Below are positions 29,054 through 37,774 of a DNA stretch of 64,000 bases, one piece after another. This DNA comes from a virus. How positions within the stretch are numbered: the stretch's first letter is position 1; each line of letters opens with the position of its first letter. Where the stretch lies: IMG/VR virus record IMGVR_UViG_3300035698_034402, positions 1-64,000 of that record, one strand, 5' to 3'. The notes below the pieces were generated by a model. That model worked only from the letters and a program-made list of their open reading frames with translations, was not told the DNA's origin and searched no databases. The position numbers were made by a program, and so were the translations under genes.

Positions 29054-30417
29054 TCAAAGCTGTCTTAAGCGGATCATTTGAATTCGATGACCGGGTAGCC
29101 GCTATTGTGCCTCTCCATAAAACGGGAGTTGATAGTGGCTGGATGAAGAAACGAGCTGCAGCGCCGTTGTTCGATTTTTCCAAGTTGGCTGCGGAAGCGC
29201 GACCTGACGAGACGTTGGTTCATCTGCTGGCGTTGGGGGACGGAGAGACCCATGGATCTAACCGCAATGGCGATTTTTTCCCTAAGGTAGCGAATAAGAA
29301 ATATCATCGCACGTTTTTGAAGGCGCACTATTTCCACGGCCACGACAACAAAGATCCGGCAAAAGCCTATGGGCGCGTAGCAGCTGCAGCGCATAACGAA
29401 CCGATGGGTCGAGTGGAATTGGTGATCGGGCTGGATAATGATAAAGCTGCAAAGGATCTCGATGAGCTGAACAAGAAGGGCGAGTTCAGCGTATCGATGT
29501 CTTGCCGAGTGCCCTACGATGTTTGTTCGATTTGCGGCAATCGGGCAACGTCCCGCAAGGACTACTGCAAGCATGCCTCTTTGATGATGGGGCAGATTAT
29601 GGCTGACGGGAAGCAAGCCAGTGTGGTTAATGACCATCCAGATTTCTTCGATATTAGTAAGGTGTTTCGAGGGGCTGATCGAGTCGCCTTTACTTTCCGC
29701 AAGTTGGAGAAAGCAGCTTCTGAAGGCCGGACCCTTGGCGGGGCGGAACTGGCCGAATTGATGAATATCGCCGATCTCGCTGTTCCGACGGTACCTTCGG
29801 CCTATGCGCGAAGGAAACAGGCCGTCTTGCAGCAAATGGCTAAGGCTGCGGGCGACATTCCGCCGGAATTCCGTAACGCGTTACGCGCTTCCAAGACAAA
29901 CGGGGAAATTTTGGATTTGTTAAAGTCTGCGGGGGATCTGGAAGCGCTCTGCGGGGCGCTACATCGGGAAGGGGTATGCTTGCCGCTGAATGATTTTTTG
30001 GCGGTGACCGGCATGGACCAGCGGACCGCGGGAGCAGAAGTCCGGACAGCTATGCAAGGGCTGTTCGCTAAAGTTTCCGAGGACTCGGAATTGACCCGGC
30101 GATTGTGCTCTGATGGCTCCTACGACGGGGCTGTTTCTGCTGTGCCCATGAAGGTTAGTTCTGCGATACGTAGTTTGCGGGGGGAATTAGGATTGTTCCC
30201 TGCTGAAGCGCGCTGCCGGATTTTGTCGAAAGTGGCGGGCGACGGTTTGGGAGAAGTTCTCTTGGAAAAAAGTGCGGGAGAGGTTTCATCCGCGGCGAAA
30301 GTGGCTGCGGAAGCGTACGCGGCCTATCTGCTTTCGTTTGCCGATGCTGCGGAAAGAACTGGAATTGGTTCTACAGGCTTTGTGCAAAACTTGACGGCGC
30401 TCCGTGCCTTTGCTTAG
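29050..30417 (+). CDS. putative prohead maturation protease
   Basis: NRNGD.F, H.NKD...G.V, VSMSC.V..D.CSICG...YC.H; directly upstream of scaffold and capsid genes. Confidence 0.65.
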   Translation: MIKAVLSGSFEFDDRVAAIVPLHKTGVDSGWMKKRAAAPLFDFSKLAAEARPDETLVHLLALGDGETHGSNRNGDFFPKVANKKYHRTFLKAHYFHGHDNKDPAKAYGRVAAAAHNEPMGRVELVIGLDNDKAAKDLDELNKKGEFSVSMSCRVPYDVCSICGNRATSRKDYCKHASLMMGQIMADGKQASVVNDHPDFFDISKVFRGADRVAFTFRKLEKAASEGRTLGGAELAELMNIADLAVPTVPSAYARRKQAVLQQMAKAAGDIPPEFRNALRASKTNGEILDLLKSAGDLEALCGALHREGVCLPLNDFLAVTGMDQRTAGAEVRTAMQGLFAKVSEDSELTRRLCSDGSYDGAVSAVPMKVSSAIRSLRGELGLFPAEARCRILSKVAGDGLGEVLLEKSAGEVSSAAKVAAEAYAAYLLSFADAAERTGIGSTGFVQNLTALRAFA

Positions 30418-30477
30418 CTAGCAGGGTAGAGATAGTTTTTTAGTGTCGTCGGCCTATGTTGACGAAGGAGTGTACAC

Positions 30478-31686
30478 ATGAGTTCAGGCCAAGCTCTGAT
30501 CGACGAAATCGACAGCTTCTTGAAAGCTGCCGGAACGGAGAAGGCCGCTGAGGAGTCCTCGTCCGACTCAGGGCGCGTCCAGAACCAGGGCGATACCGCT
30601 ACTTCGCATCCGTCGAAGTCGGTGGACGACGGCACTCAGGAGGCCCCCGAGGGGGCGCGTTCGGCGGAGAATACGTCTGATGTCAAATCGGACGTCCCCG
30701 GGCAGCCCGTGGATTCTGCTGCGGAAGATAAAATGGAAGGTGCTTCTGAGCATCCGTTGACCACTGCTAAGCCGACGGGGGAAGACCCGGCCAATGAAAC
30801 CGGCTCGGCGAGCCCTAATATCGGCGGGGAGGCAGGTAAGGATTCAACGGGTAAAGACACGACTCATCCTGCCAAAGTTGATTTCGATGGCAAGTATGCG
30901 TCGGTTAAGGAGGCAGCGGTTTGTCTCATGCAGCAGATCAACGATTACAACGCCAAGATTGCCGCGCTGGAGGCGCCGCTTGAGAGACAGGAGGTTGCTG
31001 CGGACCCTAAGGTCGCCGGGTACGTGGAAACTGCTTCCCCGGAAAGCAAGGTGGTCAAACCTTCGCCTGACGAGGAAGCTGGGGCCAAAGCTGCTGAAAT
31101 CGCGGCGGATAAGCTGGGTTTGACTACTCCGCCGGAGAAATCGGCGGAACTGGTGAAGAACCTTGTCAAGTCCGCGATTGCCGATGCGGATCGTTACGTC
31201 GACTTCTGCGTGGGTTTGCAGGAAGGCGCGACGGAGGAGACGCAGAAGCAGGCCGCTGCTGCGCGAGTTCGCGATGCCCAGAAGCTCCACGGACAGGTCA
31301 AGACGGCCATCGAAGACGAGATGGCAGGGGCGGACATGCTGGCCGCAGGGGGCGAAGGCGAGGCTCCCGAGGAGATGGGCGAAGGTGCGGGCGCAGGCGG
31401 CGGGGAACTCGGCATGGGCGGCGGAGAACCCGGCATGGGCGGCGACGAGATCGAACAAATTCTTGCGGTTCTGCAAGAGGCCGGAATAGATCCGGAAGAA
31501 CTTGCCCAAATTCCTCCGGAGGTACTCGCAGAGGCTCTCGCAGGCCTTACTGGGGGAGCGCCTGGAGGGGGGATGCCTGAGGAGGGGATGCCTGAGGAGG
31601 GGATGCCCCCGGAAGGAGCGCCCCCGGAGGGAATGATGCCCGCTGGTGAAGGGGCCGCAGAAATGCTTCCTGCGGCGGCTATGTAA
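30478..31686 (+). CDS. putative scaffolding/core protein
   Basis: Very acidic and low-complexity; about ten KxA sites; lies between protease and capsid. Confidence 0.6.
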   Translation: MSSGQALIDEIDSFLKAAGTEKAAEESSSDSGRVQNQGDTATSHPSKSVDDGTQEAPEGARSAENTSDVKSDVPGQPVDSAAEDKMEGASEHPLTTAKPTGEDPANETGSASPNIGGEAGKDSTGKDTTHPAKVDFDGKYASVKEAAVCLMQQINDYNAKIAALEAPLERQEVAADPKVAGYVETASPESKVVKPSPDEEAGAKAAEIAADKLGLTTPPEKSAELVKNLVKSAIADADRYVDFCVGLQEGATEETQKQAAAARVRDAQKLHGQVKTAIEDEMAGADMLAAGGEGEAPEEMGEGAGAGGGELGMGGGEPGMGGDEIEQILAVLQEAGIDPEELAQIPPEVLAEALAGLTGGAPGGGMPEEGMPEEGMPPEGAPPEGMMPAGEGAAEMLPAAAM

Positions 31687-31698
31687 GGAGATTGGACA

Positions 31699-32070
31699 AT
31701 GAGTAAGACAGTACAGATTCCTGTCGACCTGCTGCGCCAGAGTGTGCAGATCGGGGCCGAGGCCGCCGCGTTGTGCGAGAAAGTGGCAGCGGACCATACT
31801 GCCGTCGAGACCAAGGCCCCGCTGGTAGCGGACACCTTGATCGCGAACGGCTTGGTCGATGAATTGGACAAGCAAGCTACGGTCGATCTATTGCGGGATC
31901 CGACGAAAACGCTGGACGTTATCGCCAGCTTGGCCAAACAGGCGAAGCCGCGGACGATGGGTACGGCGACTACGGAGAAGCTGGCAAGCGAGGATTACAG
32001 CCCTCAATTTCCGGCGCCCCGGGAGTCCGATCGTGTGTTCGAGGACAAACTGCTCGGTGTGACGCCGTAG
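31699..32070 (+). CDS. small head-associated protein
   Basis: AAGGAG RBS; KVA, KQA x2, KLA. Confidence 0.65.
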   Translation: MSKTVQIPVDLLRQSVQIGAEAAALCEKVAADHTAVETKAPLVADTLIANGLVDELDKQATVDLLRDPTKTLDVIASLAKQAKPRTMGTATTEKLASEDYSPQFPAPRESDRVFEDKLLGVTP

Positions 32071-32117
32071 CATTGGACTAGAAGCTCTTTGCGGCTTCGA
32101 CTTTAGCGAGGAAAATC

Positions 32118-32678
32118 ATGCCTGGTACATTTAATGCATACGGGCAGATGTTCGATCACGAACTCAACCCGCGGAAGGGCTGGTCCGGGGATCGCGGCAT
32201 GTGCTTGGAGAAGACGCTGGGGATTGACGCGGACTTGGACAACAACGTTAACGCTGGCGCGGTAGTTCATATCAGCGCGGCTGGTGTGTTCAAGTTGGGG
32301 ATAGACACGACTTTGAGCACGGCTACAGTAGCTTGTGTCCCCCTGTTTGCGTTCCAGAACGAGACCGACTTCGATGTAAACTCCGATCTGGGCAACATCG
32401 CAGGCGGGGTGCTCATGGCCTTGTGCTCGCTTGGTCCGTTCGAGTTGGAAAGCACCGAGGTGGCGGATGACCAGACGTTTGCTTACGGGTCTTACCTGAC
32501 TAGCGATGATGGCAGCGGCACCGCAGGGACCGGCGCGATTCAGACCGGCACTTTGGCCACCGACATCATCTGCGGAATCGTCAGTGAGGTCGGCACTAAC
32601 GCCGACGGAACTTTTGAGAATGAGCACGGCCAGAATGTCGTGCGCTTCTGGACCTATTTCGCTTCGGAGCACATCTAG
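32118..32678 (+). CDS. putative capsid decoration/cement protein
   Basis: Beta-rich 186-aa ORF directly before the capsid gene. Confidence 0.5.
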   Translation: MPGTFNAYGQMFDHELNPRKGWSGDRGMCLEKTLGIDADLDNNVNAGAVVHISAAGVFKLGIDTTLSTATVACVPLFAFQNETDFDVNSDLGNIAGGVLMALCSLGPFELESTEVADDQTFAYGSYLTSDDGSGTAGTGAIQTGTLATDIICGIVSEVGTNADGTFENEHGQNVVRFWTYFASEHI

Positions 32679-32726
32679 CCTGTGGTTGGATGAGTTTTAG
32701 AGGCGCGCACAGAAAGAGGTGCAATA

Positions 32727-33665
32727 ATGCCTATTACCACGGACCCTACGGCTCGTATTACCGGCGCTCAGTTCTGGGATCATCTTTCCAGTGACAATCC
32801 ACAGATTGTCAAGAACGCCGAGGACGCGGTTAACGCCTTTATCCGGGTGAAGATGCGCGAAGACGGTTTTACCCGGAAGATCATTCCCCCTCTTCCACTA
32901 TCCAACGATGATCTGGATCGGCAGGTCGATACCGACAAGCCGGTCATCGTGCTGGATAAGGAGCCGAATTCTCCGGCTGCGGCCAGCGTGCCGTATGCGA
33001 CTCAGCCGTTTGCGCGGTACATCAAGGCGCCGCGTTATCGGGTGATGTTCGACCGGATTGTCACTCCTAAGTTCATGAAGGACGTCGGCGAGCTGCGGAC
33101 GTACGACATGGATATCCGGCAGATCCTGAGCGACAACGCCGTGAAGGACATGCTGGCGGAGGAGGACGGTAAGTTCATCGCGACGGTGAACACCTTGCTG
33201 GGGGCAGTTGATGTAGCTGTGCCCGAGACCGGCGTGGCGCAGTACCAGACGATTGCTGGCGGGATCACGCGTGATTCGGTCAACGATGCGCTGATGATCC
33301 TTCCAGGGACGCCTGCCCATTTGGAGGCGGCCACGGTCCTGGTGAACAATATCACCATCAAGAACGTGCAGAAGTGGGGCTATGACGAGATCGGCGGAGA
33401 ACTGTCGGAGGAGATCCTGCGACAAGGTTTCGCCGAGCGCAACCTGCTGAATGCACGCTGGATCGTCACTATCAAGACGCGTCTGGTCGCCAATAACCAG
33501 ATGTACTTTTTCGCAGAACCAAAATTTTTAGGCAAATTTTTTGTTCTCGAAGATACGACGATGCATATTAAACGCGAAGCGTTCATGTTGGAATTTTTCG
33601 CGTACGAAAGCATTGGGGCGGCTATTGCGAATGTGGCGGGCATTGGCCGCGCGGTCTACGTCTAG
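32727..33665 (+). CDS. putative major capsid protein (HK97 fold)
   Basis: 312 aa; position after protease/scaffold/decoration; strong codon bias; C-terminal FFAYESIGAAI.N..G pattern; strong downstream hairpin. Confidence 0.7.
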   Translation: MPITTDPTARITGAQFWDHLSSDNPQIVKNAEDAVNAFIRVKMREDGFTRKIIPPLPLSNDDLDRQVDTDKPVIVLDKEPNSPAAASVPYATQPFARYIKAPRYRVMFDRIVTPKFMKDVGELRTYDMDIRQILSDNAVKDMLAEEDGKFIATVNTLLGAVDVAVPETGVAQYQTIAGGITRDSVNDALMILPGTPAHLEAATVLVNNITIKNVQKWGYDEIGGELSEEILRQGFAERNLLNARWIVTIKTRLVANNQMYFFAEPKFLGKFFVLEDTTMHIKREAFMLEFFAYESIGAAIANVAGIGRAVYV

Positions 33666-33677
33666 TCGAGAACTCGT

Positions 33678-33726
33678 GGGGCTGTGGCGCAGTTGCTGTA
33701 GTTGCAGTAACTGTGCCTCAGCTTCC
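33678..33726 (+). terminator. long hairpin after capsid gene
   Basis: GGGGCTGtGGCGCAGTTGCTG...CAGTAACTGTGCCtCAGCTTCC with several G-U pairs; no U tail. Confidence 0.6.
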
Positions 33727-33743
33727 CGCTAGGAGAAATATTC

Positions 33744-34109
33744 ATGGATGCTGCGCAAATGGAAAAGGCAGGCGAGCTGTTGTTTGACCAGGTCTACGTC
33801 CCGACCTTCATGAAACAGTGCGCGGCCCGCGGGGTTGGATTCAATAGTTCGGACGAACTGGCCGTGGCTTTAGAAAGCACGCTGATGCTTAAACAGGAGG
33901 AGGCAACGGAGCAGGCCGACAACAACGGCGAGTTGCATAAGACTGCCAATGTAGCCATTCGGCAGCTCCTCGGCGAAGACGTTGCTGCTACGGAGAAGGC
34001 GGCTGCCGAGACTCGGCAGCTTACCGAGGCAGGCGCCGAGCTAAAGGGCAATACCGAAGTCAAGAAAGCTGCTGAGCTGCTCGCGAGTTTGTCGAACGAA
34101 ACTGCGTAG
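33744..34109 (+). CDS. head-associated helical protein
   Basis: AGGAG RBS; KTA and KAA x2. Confidence 0.7.
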   Translation: MDAAQMEKAGELLFDQVYVPTFMKQCAARGVGFNSSDELAVALESTLMLKQEEATEQADNNGELHKTANVAIRQLLGEDVAATEKAAAETRQLTEAGAELKGNTEVKKAAELLASLSNETA

Positions 34110-34124
34110 CGAGGAGGGGGCGCC

Positions 34125-34652
34125 ATGCATCCGGGAACGGCGGTAGGCTACGGTAAGAAGGCCCAGGACTGGTCGTATCTGACGCCCAAGAATGCGTTAT
34201 ACGTCCAGACTGGGAATATCACCGATCCTACGGATATCCCCGATCTTGCGATTGTCGACACGACGGTGACTCGCAAGGGCGATCCGATTGATCGAGCGCG
34301 CCAACAGACGCTAGTGATCTACGCCGTGCCTCTAACAGGGGTAACGTTGTCGAAGACTGCGACTTTGCAGCTTTGGATCGAGGTCGATTGGAATACAGAG
34401 CAATGTTCAAATATCGGCAATCTTTCGTCTTCTTCGGACTGGGAGTGTCCGGCTTACGGACAACCGGAAGATCTTGATGAAGCGGATCATTGGGCAGTTA
34501 TCGGGGCGGCGGTACACGACGACAATAACTCGGACGGGGCTTTGTGTTTCTCGTTCCCCTGGTTGCCCGCAGGTAGATACAAGGCAGCAATGTCCGATGG
34601 CATCAGCGGCGGAACTACCAAAGTGCTAATCATTGAGCAGCATACAGAATAG
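34125..34652 (+). CDS. putative virion surface protein
   Basis: GGAGG RBS; Cys-flanked SSSS loop. Confidence 0.6.
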   Translation: MHPGTAVGYGKKAQDWSYLTPKNALYVQTGNITDPTDIPDLAIVDTTVTRKGDPIDRARQQTLVIYAVPLTGVTLSKTATLQLWIEVDWNTEQCSNIGNLSSSSDWECPAYGQPEDLDEADHWAVIGAAVHDDNNSDGALCFSFPWLPAGRYKAAMSDGISGGTTKVLIIEQHTE

Positions 34653-34664
34653 GAGTAGCAAGTC

Positions 34665-35174
34665 ATGGCTTCCTATGCGGGGTGCGCAGACACCGTAATT
34701 GAAAATGTTAGCGGCGGCACGATCTCCCGTTTGTCGCTTTTTAGCCAGAGTAATCTTGTTGACGGCGCAAGATTTACGATACCGGGCAATGTGTGGTCCT
34801 GGTTAGTTGGTAAATTTCCAGGCATCAAAGGACGCCGAGTAATACAGATATTCAGAGATCTTCTGGATCAGCAGGTTCTGTCGCTCGTATCGTGTCCGGA
34901 ATGCCCTTGTGGCCATCAGCAGTCTTCGTCGTCTTCGTCGAATGCTGGTACTGCGGCAGCGGAGCAGTCTTCGTCTTCGTTGGATGCTGGTACTGCGGCA
35001 GTGGAGCAGTCTTCGTCGTCTTCGTCGGATGCTGGTACTGCGGCAGTGGAGCAGTCTTCGTCGTCTTCGTCGAATGTTGGTACTGCGGCAGCGGAGCAGT
35101 CTTCGTCGTCTTCGTCGAATGTTGGTACTGCGGCAGCGGAGCAGTCTTCGTCGTCTTCGTCGAATGCTGGTTAA
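34665..35174 (+). CDS. Ser-repeat virion protein (paralog A)
   Basis: About 85-aa domain ending CPECPC, then QSSSSSSNAGTAAAE repeats. Confidence 0.75.
   Translation: MASYAGCADTVIENVSGGTISRLSLFSQSNLVDGARFTIPGNVWSWLVGKFPGIKGRRVIQIFRDLLDQQVLSLVSCPECPCGHQQSSSSSSNAGTAAAEQSSSSLDAGTAAVEQSSSSSSDAGTAAVEQSSSSSSNVGTAAAEQSSSSSSNVGTAAAEQSSSSSSNAG
34920..35171 (+). repeat. ~5.7 x 45-bp tandem repeat
   Basis: CAGTCTTCGTCGTCTTCGTCGAATGCTGGTACTGCGGCAGCGGAG units; one unit is 42 bp. Confidence 0.95.
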
Positions 35175-35213
35175 ATTCCGCTGGACGCGGTGGGTAAGCA
35201 GGAGTAATAGATT

Positions 35214-35555
35214 ATGGCTTTATACACAGGGTGTGCGGACACCGTAATTGAAAATGTTAGCGGCGGCACGATCTCCCGTTTGTCGCTTTTTAATAAAAGC
35301 AATCTTGTCGACGGGGCGAGGTTCACGATACCGGGCGATGTCTGGGCCTGGCTGACGGGCAGCTTTCCAGGTATCAAAGGGCTTCGGATGATTAAGACGT
35401 TCCGTGATCTTATGGATCAGCAGGTTCTGTCGCTCGTATCGTGTCCGGAATGCCCTTGTGGCCATCAGCAGTCTTCGTCGTCTTCGTCGAATGCTGGTAC
35501 TGCGGCAGCGGAGCAGTCTTCGTCTTCGGTTGCGGGATCGTCTTCGTCGGCGTAG
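35214..35555 (+). CDS. Ser-repeat virion protein (paralog B)
   Basis: Near-duplicate of paralog A with about 1.5 repeat units. Confidence 0.75.
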   Translation: MALYTGCADTVIENVSGGTISRLSLFNKSNLVDGARFTIPGDVWAWLTGSFPGIKGLRMIKTFRDLMDQQVLSLVSCPECPCGHQQSSSSSSNAGTAAAEQSSSSVAGSSSSA

Positions 35556-35670
35556 CGCGCGCTATTTAAGGCGCAGTTTTGCAGCGTCGGTAGCGCGAGA
35601 CAATGGTGTGATTCCCTACGGGCGCGGCGCTCGCTCAGAGCCCGTGCCCGTGTTGTTTAGAAGTGGCACT

Positions 35671-36030
35671 ATGGCTGATTTAGCTCGTTCTCACGGCGTG
35701 GATTACACGGTCGTTAAGAACCTGACCGGCGAAGCGCAGTTTCTGCCCTGGTTCCCTGGCACACAATCAGGCAGTTGGGGGCGAGAGCTGGAGCCGCATG
35801 CCAAGGTTCGCTTCTCCGGCAATCTGTTTGAGGCCCTCTCGGGGTTTCCCGATAAAAAGTCCAGCCTGGAGAATGATGCTCGGACCGGCAAAGTGGCCCT
35901 AGCGATCTGCGGTACGGCAGATCCTGACGCTTACGATGCGTTGACTCTTCAAGCTACGCCGGGTTTCGCCTGGTACGGTTGCTTGGACTGGCATTACGAG
36001 TCTTCGTCCTCGGCCTGGGTAGTGGAGTAG
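35671..36030 (+). CDS. distant paralog of the Ser-repeat proteins
   Basis: TVVKNLTG...FSGNLF aligns by eye with TVIENVSG...IPGNVW; ends ESSSSAW. Confidence 0.6.
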   Translation: MADLARSHGVDYTVVKNLTGEAQFLPWFPGTQSGSWGRELEPHAKVRFSGNLFEALSGFPDKKSSLENDARTGKVALAICGTADPDAYDALTLQATPGFAWYGCLDWHYESSSSAWVVE

Positions 36031-36034
36031 CTTA

Positions 36035-36943
36035 ATGCCTTTTGATGAAAGCGCCTATCGCAGAATACGTTGCACCGCAGGTACGCCGGTTCATCGTATG
36101 TCCCAGGGTCAGCAGGAGACCTTTACGCTAACTATCCGAGACGAGCAGGGCGACGCGGTCGATCTCAACCAGTTTCGTGAACCTGTTTCGACTTACTCAG
36201 CCACTGCCCCCGTGTGGATGTCCTCCTCATCCTTGGCGCAGACCGAGCTGTTGTCTTCGTCGGTGAGTCAATTCCTGGAGGTTCGGCTAGCGGCCAGCGC
36301 CTGCTTGCAGTCGTCTACGACGGAATTTGAGATCGACGGCACGATTATCGACGCGGAGCTGGGGGAGGTTGAGTTTACGATCACCCCGACTGAATCGTCC
36401 AGCCCGGGCATTTTTGTAGCCTCAGTGGGGGTCTTCTGGGGCGATATTCTTCGCTTTCAACAGATGATCTATTTCGAGTTCATGCCTACCACTTTTACGT
36501 TGTCCACCGGCGGGCCAATTACGGTGCCGGAAGTGCGTATGGACTTGATGGACGTGTGCCCGGACGCTAATTACCTGCTCGACGAGTTGGAGTTCACGGA
36601 TGCCGAGATTATCCACGCCATGCGCAAAGCGGTGGATGTTTTCAACGAGACTCCGCCGCGCGTGGTGGGTTACACCGCGGAGACGTTTCCTTTCCGCGTA
36701 GTGTGGTTGGGCGCAACAGCCGGGTACCTGTTGCGTATGGTGGCCCATCGCTACCGGCGTAACGCGTTACGCTACTCGGCAGCCGGGGTGACCGTCGCGG
36801 ATCAGGAGCGTTATGCCGAATACGAGAAGATCTCGAAAGAGGCCATTGAGAAATTTGAGGAGTGGGCACAAACAATCCAGGTGTCCTTTAACATTAGCCG
36901 AGGTTACGGATCGATTGCTCCGTCGCCGTATCGGCGGGGGTAG
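36035..36943 (+). CDS. putative head-tail adaptor/neck protein
   Basis: Ig-like N-part plus helical C-part (FTDAEI..A...A...FNE.PP); synteny. Confidence 0.55.
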   Translation: MPFDESAYRRIRCTAGTPVHRMSQGQQETFTLTIRDEQGDAVDLNQFREPVSTYSATAPVWMSSSSLAQTELLSSSVSQFLEVRLAASACLQSSTTEFEIDGTIIDAELGEVEFTITPTESSSPGIFVASVGVFWGDILRFQQMIYFEFMPTTFTLSTGGPITVPEVRMDLMDVCPDANYLLDELEFTDAEIIHAMRKAVDVFNETPPRVVGYTAETFPFRVVWLGATAGYLLRMVAHRYRRNALRYSAAGVTVADQERYAEYEKISKEAIEKFEEWAQTIQVSFNISRGYGSIAPSPYRRG

Positions 36944-36961
36944 TGCGGAGGGTAGTTTCTG

Positions 36962-37288
36962 ATGCCTGAAGTGACGAAGAAATGCGTGGTGAAGGAAGGC
37001 AACGGGGTGGCAGCCAAAATAGCTATGGCCCTGATAGGCATTCTGGCGACGATTGCTATTGCTCTTGCCGGGTTTGCTTTGAAGTGGCAGTTCGACGCTA
37101 ACGCACGGATTGAAGTGATGTCCAAGGTAGTCACTGATTTGGTGGACGATACTGCAGAAGACACCCGGCAGAGCAAGAAGCTCCAACAGCACTGGAAGCT
37201 GCATAGCTGGGCGCGGGACCGTATTACTGAACTGCGCGCCTTACACAAGCTACCGGTGGAGCCCTGGCCGGATCTGGGGGGCGATTAA
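36962..37288 (+). CDS. single-TM membrane protein
   Basis: IAMALIGILATIAIALAGFAL followed by a coiled coil. Confidence 0.6.
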   Translation: MPEVTKKCVVKEGNGVAAKIAMALIGILATIAIALAGFALKWQFDANARIEVMSKVVTDLVDDTAEDTRQSKKLQQHWKLHSWARDRITELRALHKLPVEPWPDLGGD

Positions 37289-37774
37289 ATGGCGAAGGGA
37301 CCATCTCAGCTGGAATGCCTCTCCGATCAGCTGCACAAGCTCTGGATGGGATGGGCTAAAGCCGTCCAGGGCGAGGTATCGCCCGTTCGGGCCAAGCGCT
37401 GGAAGAAGTTGTTTGTTGCCTACGACAAACTGCCAGAAGTGGAAAAGGATAAAGATCGTAAGCTCGCTCGGCGCGTTCAGAAAGTAGTTAAGCTGGGCGC
37501 TGAGCAGCCAGGAGATGTTTCGATGCAGAAAGATAGTTTCGCTCGTGAACTGGGCCGGGCGTTGGCCAAGACCGCGCTTGATCGCCCGCGTCGAAGAATG
37601 GATCCGGGCGATCCGACTTGTTTGGAAGATCCGGAAGCGGCTCGAAAACGCCGGGCGCAGGCTGCGGTGCATCGGGCGGCGAGGGCGGCTGCTCGGGAAG
37701 AACGGCAGCAATCCAGTCCTTTGAATCAGAAGTCGGAGGCGCGAGAAGCCAGACGAACTAAGCTGCGCGAATAA
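37289..37774 (+). CDS. RyR-like domain protein with KxA tail
   Basis: LH..WM.W...RW..L...YD.LPE.EK.KDR; SFARELG...AKTA. Confidence 0.5.
   Translation: MAKGPSQLECLSDQLHKLWMGWAKAVQGEVSPVRAKRWKKLFVAYDKLPEVEKDKDRKLARRVQKVVKLGAEQPGDVSMQKDSFARELGRALAKTALDRPRRRMDPGDPTCLEDPEAARKRRAQAAVHRAARAAAREERQQSSPLNQKSEAREARRTKLRE

Noticed and set aside
6879-31937. Long minus-strand ORFs (e.g. 6879..7670, 20208..20993, 30844..31875)
   Set aside because: Antisense shadows of GC-rich genes with no motifs or RBS
34920-35171. Repeat array as CRISPR
   Set aside because: Units are contiguous and in-frame with no unique spacers; no cas genes
34892-35247. Alternative-frame repeat ORFs (CWYCGSG..., LRRLRRM...)
   Set aside because: By-products of a stop-free 45-bp repeat; no RBS
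34665-35555. Paralog pair as a DGR template/variable repeat
   Set aside because: Differences are not adenine-specific, many are synonymous, and no reverse transcriptase is present in the window
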